A DNA stretch of 63,995 nt, counting the filler, from Diploschistes diacapsis (lineage: Eukaryota): assembly GCA_023645945.1 (NCBI GenBank). It is 4 parts of 4 records of this genome, joined end to end, with 100 filler letters (N's around TTAATTAATTAA, not from the genome) between each part and the next. Parts side by side here need not be neighbours in the genome. Positions count along the whole stretch, not along the records: positions 33,661 to 50,377 come from JALAIB010000490.1; positions 50,478 to 63,995 come from JALAIB010000652.1; 2 more parts are not named here. One strand, written 5' to 3'. The notes beneath the pieces were generated by a model. It was given only the letters and a program-made list of their open reading frames with translations. It had not been told where the DNA came from and did no database searches. Made by a program: the position numbers and the translations under genes. The stretch's first letter is position 1. Each line of letters starts with the position of its first letter. Below, one piece after another: positions 38,480 through 51,152 of the stretch.

Positions 38480-40347
38480 GGCTCGTGGTCCCAAGTAGGC
38501 TCAGCCCCTATCAGGACGAGCCCAAGATCACATTCGAGTACGAAACCGTGCTTCATCATCGATTCTCAGCCTTTACCAAAAACTTTGCGTAAGGGTAAAC
38601 CCCTTTCGGCTTGGATATGCCGCTTCAATCGGTTCCAACATAAATATATATATCTCTCTATTGCGCTTTGAGGCTGTGTTACGGTTAAAATGACGGATAC
38701 CCATGGTCAGGGCGGAAGAGACTCTTCGGCGTTCTTGGTACAGGTTTGCTGCTCTTTTGCACATTCAACGAGGGTATATGATTGTTTGGATGATACTCCG
38801 TCTTGGAAGTCCAGCATCTCTCGCCTCTTCCCCGAGCGGTCGTCTAGGTGTGTTGCTCGAAGGACTTTGTCTGTGGACACAGAATCGCGCGTATAGAAAA
38901 TATTTTGGAATATACATGGAAATGATCTATGGTTCATGAAGAGATATTTGGGAAAGATTCAGGCGCATATCGCAAGAATGTATCGTTCTCCAGGGCTTTG
39001 GAGCGGGACAAACAGAAACAGGGCAACACTCAGGTTGTTACTCTTGTGGGTGAGTTGCTCAGCTGCTAGCTCTGAAGTATGGGGGGTAGGTACTAGTAAG
39101 AGAGTCTCTAAGACGCTATAATGTTGGCAGTAGGAGAAGCTACGGGCAGGAGAAACGTTGGACCTCCAGCCAGAACAACATGTGTGACTTCTCCAGGCAA
39201 AGATGCCATTATTTTCACCAAAATAGATCTTGAGTTCTTAACAGCGTGGTATAACGTTTTGTTTCGCTTGGATACTGTGGTGGTGGTGGCCTTTGCTCTG
39301 CACAAAACATAAGTCAAAACTCGCTCGGGTCATCATCAACGCGCTACTTTCGCGATGCGGATCCCATTTCCCCCCTGTTTACTTCGCATCCCGACCATAC
39401 ATCAATTGGGCCGATGGAACGTATCATGGGCAGACACAATGCTCTGTTCAGGTTTCAATGAGTTGTAGATGCAATGTGCAGCCCAATGGAGACGCGTTGA
39501 CGATCAGGCAGTTCGTGGAGAGCTGGTGGCCAATCGATGGCGGTAGCTCCGCCATCTGCTTAACTCACTCGAGAGCTGTGGCGCTTCACGCAATCACATA
39601 GTTGGAAACTGTAGAAGATGGGCCAATGAAGTCCAAGTGGTAGCGTGTCGTTGGAAAAAAGGAGACGGTGCATTTAGGATAGAAGAAGAGGGAGGAGTGG
39701 GTTGCAGACATGCAGTGGGACGAAGCTACTACGGAGTAGGTATACTATACTACAACTGTTCTTGTGACCCTTCACGCAATCGCTTGACCATCCCACTTTC
39801 TACCGCCAACTGCCAATTCCAGCCTTCGCCCTCCCATCCCATTCCTTTTTCCCACCATCACCAACTTCGATTAGCTATTGATACCAACATTGCAGAATAC
39901 AGCATCTCAGCATCTCAGCATCTCAGCATCTTCGCTCAGCCCAGCGTGATTTTACATCCATTGCTACTGTCATTGCTGCCACTTGCTCCCAACATTGCTA
40001 TCCAAATTACGAGGCAAGGGCTATCTGCCTTCATCCCCAACAACCCCTTGCTTCACGAAGCTGCACCTACTCTTCACCCGCCTGTCCAGCTCACGAAATC
40101 ATTCTCACTCAGCATCGACATTACATTCAACAGACTTCATCGGGCAAGACGCTCCAGCATAAAACGCAAAACAGTATCTGTATGCGGAGAAAATTCTCAT
40201 CGATCAAGTCGTCCGTTTGGCGATTATTGCGCGCAACCCCCAGCATTAGCACAGACGTTTTCTTGAAAGAGCAGGTAGAAATTACGTGTCATTCACATTG
40301 AGCATCTCAGAAAGGACTTCAGGTTTTCTGCTTGACGTTTGCCTACC

Positions 40348-42585
40348 ATGGCATCGACGCGTTGTCCCACGCCATTGAAGATTTTTCAGGATCCGAATTC
40401 CAATTTCGATGCCTCCACTTTCTTCACTGGCGATAACTCCAACCCTCATCTTTCACCATCTTCTCCCTTGGATAGTATGCCCTCGTTGCCTCCAGCAATG
40501 AGCATTTTCTCCAGGCAGCCAGGCTCCGAAGCGAGTCTCATACCGGTTGAGGGTGGTATGTCGCCAATGAAGCGCTCTCATCCTTCAAGCTCTTCCCCAG
40601 CGCGGGCGCCCCTTATGGATAGGACCAATGTATCTCTGCCACCACCACCCCCTCCACTCTTTACTACCGACTCTCCCGTGAAGAAGTCCATACAAGCTCC
40701 ATACCACCCAATTGCTCCTCACCAGCCCCGGAATCTATTCGGCGCATTTCCAGGATTTGGCATTCTAGAGAAAGAGTATCTAGCAGCAACATACCATAGC
40801 GAGAACGTTGCAGAATTCCCCGCGCCTGATCATGAATCGCGAGTCACGGGACTGACCTTGGCGGCTGTCACTCCGTTAGAGCAAGACCAATGCCAGGGCA
40901 AGAAGCAACCGACCGAAGGAATTGCCCCAGCTTATATTCCAGAACCTCATGACATGCCCATAGTTGAGGATGATGGCTCTAAGCCTCCATACAGCTATGC
41001 ATCACTTATTGCTATGTCGATTCTCCGGGCACCTAGCCGTCGGTTGACACTGGCCCAGATTTACAAATGGATTACCGACACGTTCTCTTACTATCGTACA
41101 GCGGAAACAGGATGGCAGAATAGCATTCGTCACAATCTGAGTCTGAACAAGGCATTCATCAAGCAGGAAAGGCCCAAGGATGATCCTGGGAAGGGTAATT
41201 ATTGGATGATCGAACCGGGCATGGAGGCCACATTCATCAAAGAAAAACCTTCACGTCGTCCAGCTGGACCCGTAAGGTTCCAAATGCAAAGCGGCAGCGA
41301 CTTTCGTCCAAGCTCTTCCGCTGGGCTGGCTGGCCCAAGGTCTGAGGCGAGCTTGGCTGCACCGTCGCCCTTACCGCAAGACTCGGGTCTGGTAGGGTCC
41401 GAGTCTCTACCACAGCAATTGCCGCCGCCGGTGCCGCAATCCGCTCTGCAGGATGCGCCCGCGGAACTCTCGTCGGATGCTACCATTCCCGCGTCTGATC
41501 CTGCGCTTCTTGAAGAAGACTCCATGCCTCCACCTGCTAGCAGGGCTCGGCTGTCCTCTCCACCCAATGCCATTCGTTCTTCGCCGCCTGTACCCGATCG
41601 CACGGCGTCATGCCAAGGAACACCATTCCTCGGCTTCGATGTCCTATCATCGCGTTCTTCACATCCCAAGAAGCGTAAATATCACTCCATGAACGACAGC
41701 GGTTATTTTTCGTCTCTCGACTCTTCCGCGATGCGCCCGCTCACCGCTGCTGGGAACGAGCGTGACTCCGCTGCTCCGCGCTTTAAGCGAGGACGGGCCG
41801 AAGAAGAGATTGCGCGTATTCGCTCTTCCTCTCACGACATCAGTCCCAGCAAGGGTCGCACGCAGCTGAAGCAGCCGCCTACTAACGCGTTGTCCTCCTC
41901 GCCCCTTCGCGCAGGCGATTCTTCCTTGAATCTTCTAAACGTTGGGAATCCTATCACTCCAAGCATCCTCTTCAAGAAGCCTCGCCGTCCACCTCCATCC
42001 ATCTCCCCAAACACCAACCTCCGCAATCACAGGAACAGGATCCGCGAGCTTATTGGCTCTCCGATACGCGCCTTTGACTATGACTTGAACGCGTTCAGTC
42101 CGGCATTCCAGATCGCAGAAGATGACTTCTTCTGCCAAGATACCGGCTTCGGCATTTACCATGACAGCCCCATCAAGCGCAAGGCAGACGCCTCCCCCGA
42201 AAAGCGATCTGTTAAACGTCCGCGCTTCGACCGTGCCCAAAGTACGGCCAGTGCTTTGGCAGATATTACCGGCACAAGCAACAGCATCAAGAAGCTGAAC
42301 CCGACACTAAAGCCACCCTTCCTCGGATCTCCTTTACGTGCGGGATCTCCAGTCAAGTCTCCCAGCAAGTTGAACACGGTCAACGGAGTAAGTGACATTG
42401 GTGGCAACGATTTCCTCAACCTCGACCTCTTGGTCGATGAGGAGCCCGACGAACTTGGTGGCTTGGACCTGCTTGCTGGATTTCAAAAGATTGGAGAGAA
42501 GGAGAATGAAGTTCCTTCGATAAAAGCAAAGACTTCGCGGAACAGGCCTCCGCTTGGGAATAGGAGCTTGACCAGTCAATTCTAG
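40348..42585 (+). CDS. SEP1: Forkhead transcription factor, Sep1/Hcm1 type
   Basis: KPPYSYASLIAMSIL..LTLAQIYKWI..GWQNSIRHNLSLNKAFIKQERPKDDPGKGNYW, many SP/TP sites and a KEN box near the C-terminus; ATG at 40348. Confidence 0.88.
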   Translation: MASTRCPTPLKIFQDPNSNFDASTFFTGDNSNPHLSPSSPLDSMPSLPPAMSIFSRQPGSEASLIPVEGGMSPMKRSHPSSSSPARAPLMDRTNVSLPPPPPPLFTTDSPVKKSIQAPYHPIAPHQPRNLFGAFPGFGILEKEYLAATYHSENVAEFPAPDHESRVTGLTLAAVTPLEQDQCQGKKQPTEGIAPAYIPEPHDMPIVEDDGSKPPYSYASLIAMSILRAPSRRLTLAQIYKWITDTFSYYRTAETGWQNSIRHNLSLNKAFIKQERPKDDPGKGNYWMIEPGMEATFIKEKPSRRPAGPVRFQMQSGSDFRPSSSAGLAGPRSEASLAAPSPLPQDSGLVGSESLPQQLPPPVPQSALQDAPAELSSDATIPASDPALLEEDSMPPPASRARLSSPPNAIRSSPPVPDRTASCQGTPFLGFDVLSSRSSHPKKRKYHSMNDSGYFSSLDSSAMRPLTAAGNERDSAAPRFKRGRAEEEIARIRSSSHDISPSKGRTQLKQPPTNALSSSPLRAGDSSLNLLNVGNPITPSILFKKPRRPPPSISPNTNLRNHRNRIRELIGSPIRAFDYDLNAFSPAFQIAEDDFFCQDTGFGIYHDSPIKRKADASPEKRSVKRPRFDRAQSTASALADITGTSNSIKKLNPTLKPPFLGSPLRAGSPVKSPSKLNTVNGVSDIGGNDFLNLDLLVDEEPDELGGLDLLAGFQKIGEKENEVPSIKAKTSRNRPPLGNRSLTSQF

Positions 42586-43905
42586 GCTCAAATCTTCTTG
42601 GACTTTAATCCGACTGAATTCTGCTTATTGGGGCGGCCCATTCGTGCTCTACTACTGTCAACCACGCATCTCTACCTCCGCCGGCGATTCATATCGTACG
42701 CTATTTTGCATGTTTATTTCCATCACACAATGACTTGCATCTGTTCCGCGCTCTCCTCCCATAGTGAGCAGCAACATATGCACCTTCTCTTTCTGAGATA
42801 CCCTTTCAAGCTAGGGGTTTCCCGTCTACGGCGCCATGGTTTATGGCGCGTTATCCAATTATGGAATCTATCTACGGTTCGTTGAGCTGACAGCACGGCG
42901 TCTAAGCCGATGCTTGAGCTTTGTCACTTTTTTCGGGGACATGTCCCAACTCGGTATCTGACCTTACCTCTCATGGCGGAGCATCTTGAAAACAAAGCCC
43001 ATTGACTCCTAAGCTGGCTGATGAGGTTGCCTTAGCCATGATATTTTCTGTACTGGCATTATTTGAACATCAAAATGCTGCCTTGGAAACTTAAGCCTGG
43101 TCCTCTATCTGTATTGGTTCTCGAAGGGGCAAGGGCGTTGATTTTACGAAGCTGACGAAGGGAGGGCAAAACTTGTGTGCAGCGCTGGAATTTCCAGCTC
43201 CCGGAATCATGACCAGCAAGACTTTCTCGGGTTCTCAAATGCTAAAGTCTCGGTGCATTCGTCCTTGCGGGCGGGAACTACAGTATGCTTCGTCTGTTGA
43301 TACCATTTGAACATGGCGGGAAATGGGAAACGTCACCGGGCAACGGGAAGCAGGGGGCAGGTACGGGCGAAAAAATGAAGCAAGAAATGGGAAAAGGGGG
43401 GCTCGTTGCGCGTCCTCTTCTCGCCTGATCCGCCTCGTTGCGTTTCCATTTATTTTTCCTGTCCGTGTCTGCGTACAAGTTGCTGGATGGTCTGGATGAA
43501 TGAATGCTACGTGTACACGATAATGGAAATGGGAGCACGTGACTTCGGAAATGGGGAAATTTCAAAATCCAAAACTCAAATAGAGCCAGTGTGCCCGTGC
43601 CTTTCATTGTTGGAGAAGGTGAATATTACATGTCGAGTAAGTAGGAGCTGTGAGCTGAAGGACCCAAGATATCTTTTACCTACCCGTACAACCCCCCTAC
43701 CTGCCTCCATCATAATTGAATACAAATCGAAGCCCCATCGACAGCCCGTTGACCAGAAAGGCTAGCAAAGAGACGCCACGGAAAGAACACAGTTCTTGAT
43801 GCCGCCGACAGCCTGTACTGCACAAGCGCTCTACCGGACAGCGACAAGACACAACCTGGAAAACATTCCTCTCTGGACCCAAACCCCTCTTCCAAGCAAT
43901 ACTGT

Positions 43906-43923
43906 ACACACACACACACACAC
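43906..43923. repeat. (AC)n microsatellite
   Basis: Seen directly. Confidence 0.85.
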
Positions 43924-44775
43924 GTATACAACAGACATACACAAGACTACCCAGTCTATATACACGATGAACACCCCCCACCCGGTCGATCCAACCAACG
44001 ATCTATTCCCCCATAGATAGGCATCTTTCATTACCTCGCCCATCCTGCTTTTCTTTTGTCTGGTCGATACCGCTCCTTGCCCTCCTGGGTTTCTCTCCCC
44101 TTATATGCCCATACTGTATTACAGCCGCTCGATGAGAGCTTGCTGTCGTATCGTGCATGCTCGCTTACTTGTCTAGCTGGTGGGAGTTGCTGCGTCCATT
44201 TATCCAAGCATGCATGCAGGCAGTTGTAGAGCGTCCCACCCAAGCCGGACGAGCGTGCCTCATAGACCACGACTCAAATATGTTCGCTCCGCAAAGGAAA
44301 GTCCGCATCAGGTCTCTTCTTTGACAGCCTAGGATTCGAAGCGGTGCTTGCTTCTTGCGGATAGGTTGGAAGATGCGCGTCGGCAGTGCTTCTTCGGGCG
44401 TTGTTGTGCGGTCGAGCGGGTGTTTGATCAGGTTCCGGACTGGGCGGATCGGCACGTCTGGTGGAGTTCTTCCTCGTGCTGGATGTTGAGGGGAAATTTA
44501 TGGTTCGTGAGCAAACGGTAGAATCGTAGCGGATCGGGCTGGTGATGTGTTTTGTATTGTGGATGTGTGATCGGTTAGGTAGGTAGATGAGGATGCCCGG
44601 TTGGTTGGACCGGATGCTGGGCTTGGACGTTGCACGCTTCTTGGACGGGTTGGCAGGCCTAGTGTGTTGGACTAGACGTTGGTATCGGACACGGCAGGAA
44701 CAATCGTCCTCGCTCGATGGAGGGGCGTCTTTGATGATGCTGGTTCACAATACAGGGTGGTGTGTCCCCCTTCTT

Positions 44776-47700
44776 CTACCCTTCCTCCTCTCCGAACACA
44801 ATCCGCTCCTGCCCCACATTCTTGCTGTTCATTTCGTCCCTCCACTTCCTCCCCGCCTTGCTTAATTCCCGCAATCGTTCTATATAGAAATTCGCCACTT
44901 TGTCCTCCCTGCTCAATTGCTCGAACTTCTTCCTGCGCCTCTCCTTACAGGAGTTGTAGAGAGCCCAAGCACGCTCCTGTCGGCTAACTTCTTCAAGAGA
45001 GTACTCTAGACTCCATTTCTTGTTGGTTTCTGGAGCCGTTGAGGAAGAAGGCTCGCCGGTGTAGGATATTTCTTCCGGGCGCTTGACGCAGCGGTTATCG
45101 ACCTTATTCTGGACCGTCAGGGTCATTGCCAGCAAGGGCATACGGGATTTAGATACGGAGTCTGTGGCGGCATCAGTATTTTCAGCGTCGATGAAGCTCA
45201 TAGTCTGGGATCGGTGGGATCCAAAGCCTCCATCGTATAGCTCGGACGAGAACGGAAGCTTCAAAGAGGATAACTCTGTTGCGGAGAGCCGAAACCCAAA
45301 TAAAGCATTCCTGAACAGCATCATTAGTGCCGACACTTTCTCTCCAGTTCCTGATGTAGATCTGTCAATCTCGGAGATGGCCCGTGGAATATCAAGTTTC
45401 TCCCACTGATGAACAGCACAGTCACGACGCAACTTAGCAATACCTGTTTCAGCGTTGAATCTGCGGCGAAGCCGCACAAAATCATCCCACAGAATTTGTG
45501 TAGCGATGAGTTTTGAGGTTGAAGTATGTGGCGATGTATTCAAACATCCATAGTTGGTTGAATCATCCTTGCCGGCTTGCGTTGCACCTTGGCTACTGGC
45601 TTCCCTCTCGTGGTCCATTTCCCAAGAATCTGGATCAGTTTGGATGCCTATCTCTAAGTCGTTTTGACTAGCCTGATTAGATTCATTTCTGGATATAGCA
45701 TTCCTTTCGGACTCGGCGTCTATATGATTATTCGTATTTTCTGTTTTTGGAGTTATAGAACTTCTGCGCGTCTCCGGGTGGTCGACTCCGGCGTCCAGTT
45801 CCGGTTCAGCAGCCTCGTCCTTTGGGGCAGCTTCAGAATCCGTCGTTGATAAAGCATCTTCAATCCTACTGGAGCAACTTTCGCTTTCCGCTCGGGCGGC
45901 AGCAAGCTCGTCGGTTCCAGCTTCGTCAATAGCCATCGCCTCTTCGATGTCAGCATGGATCTCATCCCAGTTGGTGACATCGTCTGCCCCAGCAGATTTG
46001 CCTGGTCCCAGTATTTCCTGTTGCAATGCCTTAAGTTGAGCTTCATTGCTGACCTCAAGGGTGTGCATTTCCTCGTCCTCAACTGGCTCCGCAAAGATAT
46101 ACATAAAGGTACGCGTAGCTTCTCTGGTTTCGAAGAACAGTCGAATTGACTGTGACGATCAGCAACTACACGATGATCGGATCCAAAATGGGACGAACCT
46201 TGTCTGGAAATCTTTCTGTCGCCTTATCCAAGATCTTGTCGAACAAGTCCACACTCAGCTTGAACTCTTGGTCCCCCAAAGCGAGATCTGTTTGACCGTG
46301 GAGGGCCAGGTCCATTTCGGCCAATGGAATATACTGAAACCCAAAGATTTGTTCGGTGTTATGGAAAGCCACGAAGATTCCATCCATTCTTCCCATACGG
46401 ACTTGTAGGGAATACTTAAGGAAGACAGAGCGAATCATGTCGTAGTATTCCCTCTCGTACGATTCCCACTGTCCGTAACGACCTTTGATCTGGTAGCCCT
46501 TCATTTCTTCGTAACCCTGGACGTCCATTCGCACCGACACCACCGCTCGAGTTTTGAGGTCGAAGATTCCTGAACCGGGAAGCCTTGAATCCCGGGCATC
46601 CAACTGAGAGCGCATGAGAAAGTTTCCTAATGTAGAATAATGATAAGCTTCCGGAGATTGCCTCTCCTCCTGGCCGACAGACTCGGAGTTGGATTTTCGA
46701 TATCGCTCATAGTCGTCGGTCTTCAGGGTCAATAGTTTCTCCATCGACTGTCCCAAAGAGCCCAGAATGTTATGGCTCGCGAATTCTTTGTCCCCATCAA
46801 TGGCGTACGTACCGTCATTGTGTCTCAGCATTATAGCAACAGCACTCCGATTCATTTGTGTAAAACTTCGTAGTTCTTCTGGAAACCCTTTTGAAAGCAT
46901 TCTCACGTTGGTCTCGCGCCAGTCGGACAACAGATAGTGAAAGTGACTCAAAACGCCAGTCATGCTCGAGCTGGATCCAATAAACCGCTTTCCCAGCTTA
47001 CGTGCCAGTCCAATGAGCACATGATCTTCGGAAGACGTGACAAACCCTTTCAGGGCAGAAAAATCAAACTCAGACACGGGCATTATGGTTTGGAGATAGG
47101 GATCGAAATTGAAAACCCCAGTACGTTGATCCTGCAAGCTGTACACGCCTGGATTGAACAAAACTCGGTCCAGACCATAGGAAAGTTGTCGAATTGGAGG
47201 CTGTTCAATGTCGAGGGTTTGTAGAGATAGTTTGGCAGCGTCTACCTCTTCGATCATAAGCTTAGAACGCTGGGCTTTCTGTGGTCCTTTGGTGGGAGTG
47301 GCAGCACGCTTCTCGTGAGACCTTGTAGAAAGCTTAGTACTTGCTTCGCTTTTTATAGAAACCTCTTACTTCGCCGCCCTCCTTGCAGACCTCCCCCTCG
47401 CCTCCTTCCTCGTAATCCTCGTCCTCGCAGCCCTCGCAGCCTGCCGTGGGCTCTGACTTCTTGACTTCTTTACATCTTTCGACGGTTCCGCGCGTACGGT
47501 CTTTGCCTGTTCGACTGTTTCTTTGGGCACCGCAGAAGAGGTCGAGCGAGGCTCTGGTTGCTTGGCACTTGATGCGTTGGGGAAACGACCAGCAAGCGCA
47601 TCGCGCAGCTTTGGATCTTCGACGGCAAATATGACGGATTCGGTCTCTTCTAAGTGGGAGTCCACATAAGCTTCATTCGGATCGGCAAGTTTTTCCGCAT

Positions 47701-48229
47701 AGTTTGGGTCCTCAGGTGGCGCTGCCTGTGCATCTTCATTCTGCCCGTTACTTTTCGTCGATGCTGTACCAAGAGCTCTTTTCACACCTATGGGTCCGCT
47801 TTGGAGTTTTCCCGATCTTGGTGCAAGGAGGCTACCGCTTGGGCTTTTTGTAGATAATCGACGTCGCAAACGTGGGCTCAGGTACTTGGGTAATCCTTTG
47901 TCAGGTGATTCCGTAGACTCCGAAGCCCTTGAAGCATCGTCTCCACTTCCGTCTTGCCCACTCAGCCCAGGGTCCGAGGCCTTTGTATCGATTGCATCGC
48001 CTTTAGGCTTTTTACTTGGGTAAAGAGCTCTTCGATTACCACGCCTTGCGTTGAGGCTCTCTTGTTCAAGCTGACTGAGCATTTCGTGGAGTTTTGAAAC
48101 GCTGACCTTTTCCAGCGGTGCAACGGAGGAAGAGGCGCGTGGTGCAGCGCCTGAGCCGCGGAGAATACATGACGGACAGATATAGGATTGTTGTGGCGAG
48201 AGGGAACGCCGTGCAAAGAGTTGGAGCAT
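44776..48229 (-). CDS. PET127: Mitochondrial RNA-processing nuclease Pet127
   Basis: Mitochondrial presequence-like start (MLQLFARRSLSP..CPSC), LSYGLDRVLFNPGVY, MRSQLDA..FDLKTRAV (PD-(D/E)xK-like), YSLQVRMGRMDGIFVAFHN. Introns near 47370-47330 and 46190-46140. Confidence 0.92.
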
Positions 48230-48505
48230 TCAAGGAGGCTCATTGAGCGACGGGATGGTCAGTAGGCAGAGTCAAGCTGTAGATCTAGTTCTCAAGTCTC
48301 AGTATGAAGCTCTGATAGTGCTTCAGCTAGACTGCAGCTCCGAATGTTCAGTTGCTCTTGATAAAATCTTTGAGGACCATCTTCCGCGGGAACTTTTTTT
48401 TTTGGACAGGGGTCATCCCTAGCGCGATCTGTCCGTCCTTCCCCACTTGGGAAGCTAAGTTCATTCAACATGCTATGTTTACTTTCAAATCAAAGCGCAT
48501 CACAG

Positions 48506-48538
48506 CCTACCTATCCTACCTATCCTACCTATCCTACC
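48506..48538. repeat. 9-mer tandem repeat (CCTACCTAT)3+ between the divergent PET127 and ADAL genes
   Basis: Seen directly. Confidence 0.85.
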
Positions 48539-48576
48539 AGTTGCCTTGTTGACCGATCTTTTACTTGTTCAGAAGA

Positions 48577-49845
48577 ATGAGCTCTGCACGCCTATTCAAT
48601 CCGGAACCCGACTCCGACTTTGTTACGCGGCTTCCTAAGATAGAGGTATACGGCTCTGGTCGAACACTTCACAGAACTCTGCACACTGAACCCGACCCAT
48701 AGTTGCATGCGCATCTCAGTGGCAGTATAAGTAGAGAATGTCTACAGCAGCTCTGGGATCAGCAGAAGCTGCGCGGCGCGGAGCTTGAATTGAAAGCTCC
48801 TGTAGAGGCAATTCCCTCAGGAAAGGTGGATTACGATATCCAGACGTGAGATCTTTGCCATTGTGCCCTCTTTTGAAATGTAACTTCTTCTGCATTGATT
48901 TTGGGGTATACACGTTTCTTTAAATGCGTCAGTGCCTGACAATCTTAGTAGGTTCTTTCCGTTATTTTCAGGTTACATTTATCAGTTGTGCGGTGACGTG
49001 GATAGTATCAAGTACTCTACATTTTCTGTATTGCGAGACTTTGAGAATGACGGCGTTGCATATCTCGAGCTTCGCACAACCCCTCGAGCCATTCCCTCGC
49101 ATAATGTCTCCAAGGGTCGTTATGTCGACACGGTCCTTTCGTGCATCGACGAGTTCGAGAGCAGCAAGATGAAGGCGTACCTGATCTTATCTATTGATCG
49201 CCAGAATTCGCCCGCCGAGGCCATAGAGGTAGTTGATCTGGCGATCCAATACAAAGCAAGAGGCGTTGTCGGGGTCGACCTCTGCGGAAACCCCAGCAAA
49301 GGCGACGTCGCTCTATACAGAGATGCATTCATCAGGGCGAAGACACACGGGCTCCGTGTAACAGTCCACTTCGCGGAGGTGCCGGCGTCGTCGACCGACA
49401 AAGAGCTGGAGACGCTCCTTTCTTATGAGCCGCACCGTTTGGGACATGCCATCAATGTGTCAGAGAAGTTCAAGAGCAGGATCGCAGAAAGGGGGCTGTG
49501 CCTGGAGCTGTGTCTTTCTTGCAATGTACTTGCGAAGCTCACTGCTGGTGGTTATTCGGATCATCACTTCGGGTACTGGAGAGGCAAAGGTTGTCCCATC
49601 GCGCTAAGCGTACGTCTAGTTCCCTTCTGCAGGTGAAGATTCGCTCAAAGGCATAGACGGACGACGTTGGCATCTTCTGTAGCCCGCTGTCGAATGAGTA
49701 TTTGACGGCAGCGAAGCATTTTGGTCTGAGCAAGTCGGACCTGATAGACCTTTCCTTTCAGGCTGCTAGCTGTATCTTTGGGCCAAGCGAGGACACAGAA
49801 CGGTTAGTCACCATCCTGAGCCGTTTTCGAGAGGCGAATGCGTGA
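48577..49845 (+). CDS. ADAL: Adenosine deaminase-like protein (ADAL / N6-methyl-AMP deaminase family)
   Basis: LPKIE, intron, LHAHLSGSIS; YLELRTTPR; VGVDLCGNP; HFAE; RLGHA; ELCLSCN; TDDVGIF. The ELRTTP, DLCGNP and HFAE motifs fit the ADAL subfamily. Confidence 0.82.
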
Positions 49846-50264
49846 AAAGAGTACGACAGATCAGACTCGACTAACGAGCTGTTGACGATCGCAAGTGGGC
49901 AATCTTGTTATACATAGGTATCTGTTCATCAACCAGTACACGGTAGATGGGCCGTAACAGTAAAAAGCAAGAACGATGATGCTATCCCAGTAACTCTCTG
50001 TCTGCCAAAAACCCCCTAGAATTCTTTCAAGTCTGAATAGCACGGACAACTCACCTTCGACCAGCCTAAACGTAAAGTCCTTGGCGCCAAGAATACCAAA
50101 CCAAATCACCCATGACGAGCTGCCTGCATCCTAACAATCCGCGCTCGCTTCGCATGACCCAGCTCCAACCTCAGAATAGACCCAATTATCTTCAACCAGC
50201 CCAAACCCAGCCCATATCCAACCGCAGCAACCAACCCAACCTTCCAGTCGAAGAACAACCCACA

Positions 50265-50357
50265 ATGTCATCCAGCCAGCTCTTCCGCTTCGCCAAGCCG
50301 GAATGGCTCAACAGCCCCAACGCGCGCACCGCCGGCGTCTACGTCTCGGGCGCCCTG
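50265..50357 (+). CDS. VPS68: Vps68/UPF0220 membrane protein, first exon only (rest lies in the gap)
   Basis: MSSSQLFRFAKPEWLNSPNARTAGVYVSGAL followed by a GT donor, matching the fungal Vps68 N-terminus. Confidence 0.7.
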
Positions 50358-50377
50358 GTCAGTCCCCTCCCCCCTTC

Positions 50378-50477
50378 NNNNNNNNNNNNNNNNNNNNNNN
50401 NNNNNNNNNNNNNNNNNNNNNTTAATTAATTAANNNNNNNNNNNNNNNNNNNNNNNNNNNNNNNNNNNNNNNNNNNN
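50378..50477. other. Assembly gap with TTAATTAATTAA linker
   Basis: N run with artificial linker. The true gap must be longer than 100 nt because the remainder of VPS68 is missing. Confidence 0.97.
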
Positions 50478-51152
50478 GGGGGCTGGAGCATAGGGCTTTT
50501 GGGGTTGCGGGGGACGAGGAGGAGTTGGAGTGGGTGCGCAGGGTTCTGGTCAAGAAGGGACGGCGGTGAGTGGGATGGTTGCGTGGGAGGGTAATTGACT
50601 TTGAGAGAAGGGGAGAAGAGGTGTGGTAAGGTATAGGGAAAGGGAAAGGGGGAAAGAGGAAAGGTGAGAAGAGGGGGTGGGGTATAGGACTGCAGGCAGT
50701 CTGAATGGTTGAGGATTTTTTTGATTGGTTTCGCTGCTGCTGTTGAAGTAGTCTGTGCTGAATAATGGAATCACTTCTGCATATCTCAACTATTGCTGGC
50801 CATCGATATTGCCATCGCTATTGCTTGCAGTAGATTATGTATCTCTTTGCATTCTCTGAAACGAAGATGCTAATAAATCACGTGACCATCATCCTTTTCC
50901 GCGGCCAATGAGAATCCATGGTTCGGTTCCTTCTCCGCCACGTGCAGATCGGCGCTAAGATCTTGAAATGTAAACCAGATTTACGGCCCTTGTTTACAGA
51001 ACTGTGTGCATCGCGCATTTCCAATACTCTTCGGTCTCATCTCTTTCTCTTTCGAAGCGCATGAGAAATGTACATACCGTAATTATAGCTATTTGCACAA
51101 ATTCTATCCAAGAAAGCCTTCGAGAGAAACTTCGAGAGGGTTTTCTCCCGCA

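Noticed and set aside
39637..40266. 209-codon ORF upstream of, and in frame with, the forkhead gene
   Set aside because: It has a non-ATG start and low-complexity promoter/UTR-like sequence, and two stops separate it from the CDS.
44290..44320. GGAAAGTCC resembling RNase MRP/P conserved region I
   Set aside because: No matching CR-V/P4 partner was found downstream.
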